From Octopus vulgaris (lineage: Eukaryota): a stretch of 64,000 nucleotides of DNA. The notes beneath the pieces were generated by a model. That model was not told where the DNA came from and did no database searches. It saw only the letters and a list, made by a program, of their open reading frames with translations. Below, one piece after another: positions 55,451 through 64,000 of this stretch. The stretch covers positions 88,784,001 through 88,848,000 of the forward strand of contig OX597825.1 of assembly GCA_951406725.2 (NCBI GenBank), written 5' to 3'. The position numbers were made by a program, and so were the translations under genes. Every line of letters begins with the position of its first letter. Position 1 is the first letter of the stretch.

Positions 55451-58400
55451 ACATAAAAATATGTGTGTACAAATAGAGAGAAAGAAAGAGAGAGGTTTGC
55501 CTTGAATTCACTCGCAAAACCTTATTAAATATTTACACTTTCTGAGTAATTATCTGCGATGTATTTCTGTGACAATTTCATTAAATAAAACACCTGGTTC
55601 TTTATGAGTCTCGGAATATTATTTGATTATAAATGCAACGTCTAATTGATTTATTACAAGCATATTACCAACTATCTATGACTGTCACCAGGGATAACTG
55701 TCGGAAAATTATATGAATCTATATCCATTGCAAGGTATGAAGCTGGAATGAAACTATAAGATATATTAAAATATGGTCTTTGTTATATATCAAACTGTTG
55801 CCAAATCTGCTAGTGTGTAGAGGACAAAAACATAACAGACCATCATGTGACTTGAACTTCTGATGAAGTCGGGTTAATGGCATATTTTGTGTTGTTTTAT
55901 TAGTGTTCAATCAAGCATTAACCATCACTGAATGATTGTTATTAAATTTAGCCCCGGTAAGTAATGTTTTAATGTAGTAGCGTGTACAGTGTGTCCCATA
56001 TCGACCTTTCCACTTAGGGTTTCAACAAAAATGAACGATTATCTATTTAGTGGCTTGACCTTTTAGAAATATGACACATTGTGTCGACCTTGGCGAAAAT
56101 GAATAACATGAATTTATATACAACAATCAGATATATTTTGTTATGATTTACAGATTTTTATTAATTCACCGATTCTTTAAAACAAGACATTACATTTATA
56201 ATGTGAAAACATTTCTAAATACAACAATGGCCAACATATTCTGTAGCATTTTATCTTGAACTAAAGTTAATGTCTAACTATTGCCCACCTATTCCTTAGT
56301 TTATTCCTCCGTGTTTTTAAACATTTCGTTAACAACCAGAAAATTGACATTTGAACAGAACAGTAAAAGAAAAAGCAGAGATTCACAAACAAAAATAAAA
56401 GTCAATTATAAAATTGAAAGATTTGTTTCAAAAAATTAAATTTGCGCAGCATGAAATTACTCAGGGAAACATTCTGCATTTTGATGTTGTTACAATTGTT
56501 AGTGTTTTACGTAACTGAAGCCACAGCAATAGCCTATAACTTAATATTCTAATGTTTCAGCAGCTTGAGTTGCAGATAACTCATTAACAAATGACATTGC
56601 ATTCGGATCTGCTGACAAGTTTAGTAGTGTAGTAAAAATTAAATCGGGAATGAGGATCCCGGATTAAATATTCCATCAGCGAGTGAAGCCATATTTATTT
56701 ATAATTTAGATACAAGGCCAAACTTTTTCGGAAAGAGATATTGTAAAAGAAATTGAGTCAAACACAGCTATTTAATCAGTTTTTCGTGGCAGTCTAAAAT
56801 ACGGAATTCTTCCCAAAAGCATTTAATCCAAAAACTAAGAGAAGTCATTAAACACCAGAAGTTATTTCGACTAACGATTAATTTTTTTTCTTCATTTCCA
56901 AAATTTATTTGAATGAAATGGAGTTATATGAACTACAACTAAAAGACATTGGAGGCAATGTTACAAGTCAATAATACTCTTGGAGGCAGTACAGTGCTTT
57001 GGTGAAAAATCTAAATGTAAGAGGCTTAGTGTTATGCGTATTGTTGTTCAAGAGAATGTTAGGCCATTCGATGCCGTTACTTCTTTCTCATCCCCATAGA
57101 TAACATCAGCGCACACAATTGTTGCTGATACTGTCCATTACTAAATTACCAATGCTAATAAATTTCCTTCTTTGTCAGACCGTTGACCAAAGCGACCAAT
57201 TCTCATTAAACCGTCTCTATCAGCATTGAACATTTACGAGCTACCAAGATTACATCATGCATAAACTAGAACCTAAATCAAAATGAAATCAAATTCTATT
57301 AAACATCCATATTCCCCCGCCTATCCAATGAAACATTTTCAAATGAGCACAAATAAACATCAATAAACGTTATTATTCTGCCTTCAACAGATTCTACATT
57401 GGATAACAATCACTTCATCATAGCGGATGGTAAAACAGAAGAAAGTATTCACCAATACCCATCTGATAACCGTTCTAAACATTTAAGAAGGGGGAATGTT
57501 CCACGGTATAACCTGCCATACAATGTCGCTCTGATAGGCACTGCAGCCGAGCATTTCCGATCTCAATTCGAAAACATGCCATGAGAATCTATAAATCTGA
57601 AAATCTGTCATCATGATATTTATGTTAATCAACACACGATTATACGCGAATTCGATCATCCAACCATTTTCTCCGACTATTATTCCTTGGAGGGTTGTTG
57701 GTGTGAAGTCCTTAGGTATTTCTTTCTATCGTAGCAACCATCTTTACACTTTCTCACTGGATTCTGAAGCGTGACCAACTGAGATAATGGCTATTACCCA
57801 ATCATCTTGTTCTTGGTGTACACCCAGGACTCCTGCCGTTTGGCTCATCTTGAAGAATCTGTCTTGCGATTCTTTCTTGTGATCTTCCAATTAAATATTT
57901 TAAAAATTATTTTTCGGTATTCTTTATAATGTATTTATATGGAACGATATTTTTCTTATGTCCATTAAGGATTCTAAGTTCTTGGACTCATATATATATG
58001 TATAAACACTCGCCCGTTAGTGAAGAATATTCAAACACACAATCCGGTCAAACTGTGAAACAGTGCAACAGCAAATACACAGAAAGAAATGTACAAGAGT
58101 GGCTGGAAACGTTCATTGGCTGACCAAGATACTCTCAAGAAATGTAAGCAAATGAGGGTTATTTTTCAACCATGTGGTTCTTTGCAGCCCACATACTTAT
58201 TCCATTGGTGTTGCATTGCTTGGATATCATTGCTGAAAAAGAAAGAAGGAAAGAAAGAAAGAAAGTGGACTTGTTGGTTCCAACTGTTTCTTCGAACAAA
58301 CTCTATAATGTCTTCATTCCGGTTCATTTGCATTGACAGGAAGAGATTATGGTGACACCTTATAATAAAGACTAAGAAAATAAACCCATTTAATCACACA

Positions 58401-59634
58401 AAGACCCCAATAATGAACACAAATTCTATACATGGAAGCAAAATCCAACCACAAACCAACAGGCAGATACATTCCCCATCGAAAAGACGTTGCGAATCAC
58501 TGAGAGTTGCTATATAGGATGTTGCAATTAAGACTCAGAGTCACCACTGTCGACGAAACTGAGCCCCGTGGGCCTGGTTTAAACCGTTTCTTTTCAATTG
58601 GATTTTTTCTTCTTGGCTTCGTAATTAGCTGCGATGTTACAATTTCGAGGATCTTTGTTGCATATTGTAAATTTCACAAAATTAAACCACCCTAGACTCT
58701 ATGATGAAGCCTCACATTTATCACTGACGACGAATCGAGCACTACACGGCTGCTTTGAACCATTTTTTATCAACATATTTCCCGATGCCTACGTATGCTT
58801 ACTCAACAGAAAGAGGAAACACATTTGGGCTGCTTATTAAGAAAATCCTACAAAAAAACAGATGATGACTTTAAATTGTGGAGCATAAAGTGATAAACAG
58901 AGATTTAACGTTTTTGCGTCAATAAAAGCAATATCTCTAAGCCAATTGCCAGGGCTTCTCTTCCAGAACGAATGCAAAGACATCTCGACCGGACTCGACT
59001 GATTATTGCTGGAGTAGTTATTTCTCTTTGCTTCAACGAGACAAGAAACGGCTTGCTTAAAAAAGCTCTTATTGTATTCATGTCTACAACACTACTTCTG
59101 CTAAAAGCGTATAATAAATAATGTGATATACTGACTGGTACCGTCTGTATATATTAGCGAATTATGAAACCGTTTATAAGCATTTATTTGGTAAACATAC
59201 GTTTAGCATTGCTCTATAAATATACTTAGGCTGTACGACTAATGCCAGATTTACTCGGCAGATTTGGTTTCTCCGTTTTATAAATGTTCGTTTTACACAC
59301 GCACACACACACACACACAGGCACACACACACACCACGTAGGCACGCACCCCTCCCTCCATTCACACACACAGATAAAGAGAGACGGAGAGAAAGGGAGG
59401 AGGAAGTCGCTTAAAGTTACAAGTAACAGCACGCTATGAGTGTCAGCCATTGATTTAGTACATTTACATATCAATACATTCGATTGTATCTTATAAATTA
59501 AAGTAACTTAGCCATCAAGACAGTGTGTGTGTGAGAGAGAGAGGAAGAGAGAGAGAGTGAGTGGGAGGGAAAGAGAGTGAGAGAGAGAGAGAGACTATTT
59601 TGTAAGCATATTTACATATACACTCTTCATTAAA

Positions 59635-59862
59635 GGCGGTGAGCTGGCAGAAACGTTAGCACGCTGGGCGAAATTCTTAGCAGTATTTCGTCTGTCGCTA
59701 CGTTCTGAGTTCAAATTCCGCCGAGGTCTCCTTAGCCTTTCATCCTTTCGGGGTCAATTAAATAAGTACCAGTTACGGACTGGGTCGATGTAATCGACTT
59801 AATTCCTTTGACTGACCTTGTTAGTCCCCTCTACGTTTAGCCCCTTGTGGGTAATAAAGAAA
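59635..59862 (+). mobile_element. Full-length tRNA-derived SINE
   Basis: Same family as 54628; flanked by the direct repeat ACTCTTCAT. Confidence 0.9.
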
Positions 59863-61090
59863 CACACATACTCTTCATAACCATAATTTCTGTTTCACTG
59901 TTCAAATAAATCCTTGTACATAAACCAGAAAGCAGGGATCACTGCAGGATAAATGAAAATGTAGCATAAAAAGGTCCGAGGGGTCATTGCCATCTGATCA
60001 AGAATATCCTCTTACTGTTCGTCCTACCGAGAGAGAAAAAGGATAGCTTAGAAATCCTTATAGAAATTGTCGGCATGAACGGCAGCATCTTTTACTAACA
60101 GCAGGTATTGAATAACCCGGGTACATCGACTACGTGTGCATAGATCAGCTTCCAGACAATATCACGTTGCACATGTCACGATGCACAAGCATCGGGTGAA
60201 TAGATTTTAACTTAAACAACCGGCATCTCTGTTGACGTCAAAAGAACTGTTTCAGCCAGTTGGCGTTCTTTATCACAGTTTAACAAGTCGTCCCTCAGAG
60301 AGAACGGGATAACAACTGTATGAGACGAAGCATCTGATTTCTCTCGATCCAGTATTAGACTTTTTTTCACTGGAAATGGGATTGATATATTCTGAATAAC
60401 AAGAAGTTGCGTGTTTGAATAAATTTAAATACATTCAACATCGTCTTCTTCTAAAACTATGGAAATCCTTTGAGCAGGGTGAATACGAGAAAAACACGAC
60501 TAGTTTGGCGACGATATTGTTGTTTGTAAAGAATATCTTTATGCTTTCATGTTAAAGGCAGAAAGCAACGCAGAGTAACAATCCTAGATTTAATTAGGTT
60601 CTATTTCTAGCGCCAGACAGAATATGCATTTGTACATTTATTATGATGTACACATCGTCAGCAGATTTTTGGTTCCAAATTTTGGTGCAAGGTGAGCAAT
60701 TTCCGTGGTCGGGTAGGACAATTACAACGACCCTAGGTTGCAACTGTTACTTGGCCGCCTTAACAAATTTATTGATATAAAACTGTGAAGGGAGAACTTG
60801 GTGCCACAACTTCGTGTGTGAAGTCAGCCTCTCTTTACACAGTGCTGCGTGTCAATGTCGTTTGGTCAAATAGAAACATGTATACTCAGTCACACGCGCA
60901 CAAACTTACACAAACACAAATGGTCGAATATATATGTGTGTGTACACGTGTATGGGTGCGTGAGTGAGTGTGTGTGTTTGTGTGTGTGTGTATGTGTCTG
61001 TGTGCGTGTGTGTGTGCGTGTGTGTGTGTGTGCGTGTGTGTATGTATGTACGTTATTTTTACCCAAGCGAAGGCGGAGGTATTGTTTAAA

Positions 61091-61660
61091 GGCGATGAGC
61101 TGGCAGAAACGTTAGCACGCCGGGCGAAATGCGTATTCGTATTTCGTCTGCCGTTACGTTCTGAGTTCGAATTCCGTAGAGGTCGACTTTGCCTTTCATC
61201 CTTTCGGGGTCGATTAAATAAGTACCAGTTACACACTGGAGTCGATATAATTGACTTAATCCGTTTGTCTATCCTTGTTTGTCCTCTCTGTTTAGCCCCT
61301 TGTGGGTAGTAAAGAAATAGGTATTTCGTCTGCCACTACGTTCTGAGTTCAAATTCAGCCGAGGTAGACTTTGCCTTTCATCCCTTCGGGGTCGATTAAA
61401 TAAGTACCAGTTACTCACTGGGGTCGATGTAATCGACTTAATCCGTTTGTCTGTCCTTGTTTGTCCTCTCTGTGTTTAGCCCCTTGTGGGTAGTAAAGAA
61501 ATAGGTATTTCGCCTGCCGCTACGTTCTGAGTTCAAATTCCGCCGATGTCAACTGTGCCTTTCATCCTTTCGGGGTCAATAAATGAAGTACCAGTGAAAC
61601 ACTGGAGTCGATGTTGTCGACTATTCCCCTCCGACCGACTTTGGGTCCCTGAGCTTCCAG
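61091..61660 (+). mobile_element. Head-to-tail trimer of tRNA-derived SINEs
   Basis: Full copy 61091-61320, then two copies restarting at GGTATTTCG (~61320 and ~61504). Confidence 0.9.
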
Positions 61661-61817
61661 TAGAAAGGATTATTATCATTATTATTGTTGTTGCTGTTGT
61701 CATCGTGGTCTTCGTCGTTATTGCTGCTGTTGTTGTCGTTGTGGCTGCTGCTCCTGCTGCCCCTGCTGCTACTATGGTTTTTGTTGTTGCTGTTGCTGTT
61801 GTAGAAACACCAATTAA

Positions 61818-64000
61818 CCCATCAGTGGTGCGGTGGGTTATCCCACAGCCCACGTGATGTTTGTTCATGCGTATCTTACATGTGGCGTCAGTCTTACTGC
61901 CATCCATCCATGTGACCTCACTCCGCTCAGTTAATGGCTGAGCGATGACAAGGGTACACACGTGTCATTCGTGCCATCTTGGAGCATGCCGCCGCCGCCG
62001 TCGCCACCGCTGCTGCCGCCGCCGCCATGCTATTCCACTGACATCTTTGGTTTCAGTCTCTTTATTATTGATCATTTTACTTATTTATTTTCATATCTGA
62101 AAGACGGATTATTTCTCGCATAAATTTATATATTATTGTCAACTGACTAAACATTTTATTTGTTCTTAGATTGTTTTGAATGCCATGAAAACGAGAAACC
62201 TTCTTCACTTTCGGATTCACAGCGGCCGACGAACGACAGATGGAAAAGATGAGAGAGAAATATATATTGAAGAATCAGGTTCATTTCTTGGTGGTGAAGA
62301 AGAAGGAAAAGAAGAAGAAGAAGAAGAAGAAAGAAGAAGAAGAAGAAGAAGAAGAAGAAGAAGGAAAAGAAGAAGAAGAAAAAGAAAAAGAAAAAGAAGA
62401 AGAAAGAGAAGAAGAAGAAGAAGAAGAAGAAGAAAAAGAAGAAGAAGAAGAAGAAGAAGAAGAAGATGAAGAAGAAGAAGAAGAAGAAGAAGAAGAAGAA
62501 GAAGAAGAAAAAGAAGAAGAAGAAGAAGAAGAAAAAGAAGAAGAAGAAAAGAAGAAGAAGAAGAAGAAGAAAAAGAAGAAGAAGAAGAAGAAGAAGAAGA
62601 AGAAGAAAAGAAGAAGAAGAAGAAGAAAGAAGAAGAAGAAGAAGAAGAAGAAGAAGAAGAAGAAGAAGAAGAAGAAGAAGAAGAGATGAAGAAGAAGAAG
62701 AAGAAGGAGAAGAAACTGTAGCTGAGGAAATAACAATAAGTGAAGAAGAAATGACAGATGAAGGAAGAACTGAAGCAGAAGAAACAGATGAAGAGGAAGG
62801 CCAAGCTACCAGGAACACAAAATAGCAGTTTCTAGGCAAGAATAATAAAACTCTCAGGAAAGAAGTACCCCCGCCCCCCTCCTGCCATATCTTTGACGGC
62901 ATACGAGGCCCTAAAGGAGCAGCAAAATATGTCTGCTGGTCTTTGTTTCTGAGTGAATTGGTAGCTTGCATTAATATCTCCATTAACAGTAAACCAGGTG
63001 AACATAACAAGGTAAGTCAAAAGAGAGACAAACTGACAAAAGGGAGACTGCTTTATCGGTTTGGAGTTCTTGGAGCTAACCGAATGAATATGGATGATGG
63101 TTGGGCAACCAATGTACAGGAACTGAAATGTTCCATAACTATTTCTTTGCAGCAATTTTGTTTCCTCGTGAAGTTTATGAGATTTGATGAAATCCACACC
63201 TAGGCTGAAAGGAGGCCAGAAGATAAGTTTGCACCTTTTAGAAAGCTCTGTGAGAAATTTGGTGATAATTGTATCTCCAATTATAATGTCTCAGAGTATG
63301 TGACAGTAGATGAAATGTTGGCTGCCTTTAGAGGGAACTGTCTCTTCAGGGTCTACGTGCCAAATAAACCAGCAAAATAGGGCATTAAAATATAAATTTT
63401 GGCAGATGCTAACACTTTCCATGTGTCATGTATGGAGGCCTTCTTGGAGAAATAACCAGAAGGCCTGCCTATGGAAGATAATTCAGGAACAGCAGTGGTA
63501 AAACGGTTGGTGCCTCATATAAATGGGTCTGGAAGAAATATTACAGTGGATAATTGGTTTACAAGTTAAGGAACTGAAATTGATCTCTTGAAGAATTACA
63601 GATTAACATTAGTTAGCACTCTGAGAAAGAACAAGAAAGAACCCCCCCCCTTAGTTTGTTGCCATAAGAGGCAGAACTGAATACACAAACTTGTTTAGTT
63701 TCCAGAAGAATGTTCCCAAAAGAAGTAAAAATGTTGTCCTGCTGAGCACAATGCGTCAGGATGCTGCAACTGAGGGGAAAAAAAACAGAAAACTAGAGAT
63801 TATTCCTTTCAACAACAAAAGGAGGGGTAGACACCGTGGAACAGTTGTGTTCCATCTACAATGTTTCCAGAAATAATCGACTTTGGCCACTTACAGTTTT
63901 CTACACCATACTCAACGTTGCAGGAATAACTGCATACAATATAGTCATGGCAAACTCTCTGACAACTCTCAGGGACCGAAAGTTTCTGAGGAAATTGAGA
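61818..64000 (+). mobile_element. Decayed piggyBac transposon, running off the window end
   Basis: TTAA-CCC terminus at 61814-61820; interrupted transposase TVDEMLAAFRG..YVPNKPAK*GIK, GRNITVDNWFTS, STLRKNK, VVLLSTM, GVDTVEQL, WPLTVFY..LNVAGI. Confidence 0.9.
62296..62705. repeat. (GAA)n expansion
   Basis: Direct reading; produces the poly-E/K/R/F/S/L ORFs. Confidence 0.95.

Noticed and set aside
56990-60600. Hints of a decayed APE endonuclease (NLNVRGL, VVQE) and other TE remnants
   Set aside because: Motifs are too short and interrupted to support boundaries or classification

Overview
AT-rich, microsatellite-dense eukaryotic DNA with no recognisable intact host gene. The tRNA-derived SINE families and repeat landscape resemble an octopus/cephalopod genome (inference). 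Most six-frame ORFs are translations of simple repeats. Recognisable content is transposon-derived: a 5'-truncated R4/Dong-clade LINE in TAA repeats, decayed CR1-like and RTE-like LINEs, Tc1 (DD34E) and maT-type (DD37D) remnants, a decayed piggyBac running off the window end, two foldback elements and many SINEs. The standout is a ~4.1 kb array (37535-41661) of ~490-494 bp units. Each complete unit encodes a type I hammerhead ribozyme within an extensively hairpin-forming sequence, and the units are arranged as two divergent arms around a palindromic junction. This looks like a non-LTR retrozyme (circular RNA-producing retroelement). Several other hammerhead motifs from unrelated Penelope-like repeat fragments lie nearby, mostly in TA tracts. 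All structures were read by eye, not computed, and element boundaries are approximate.
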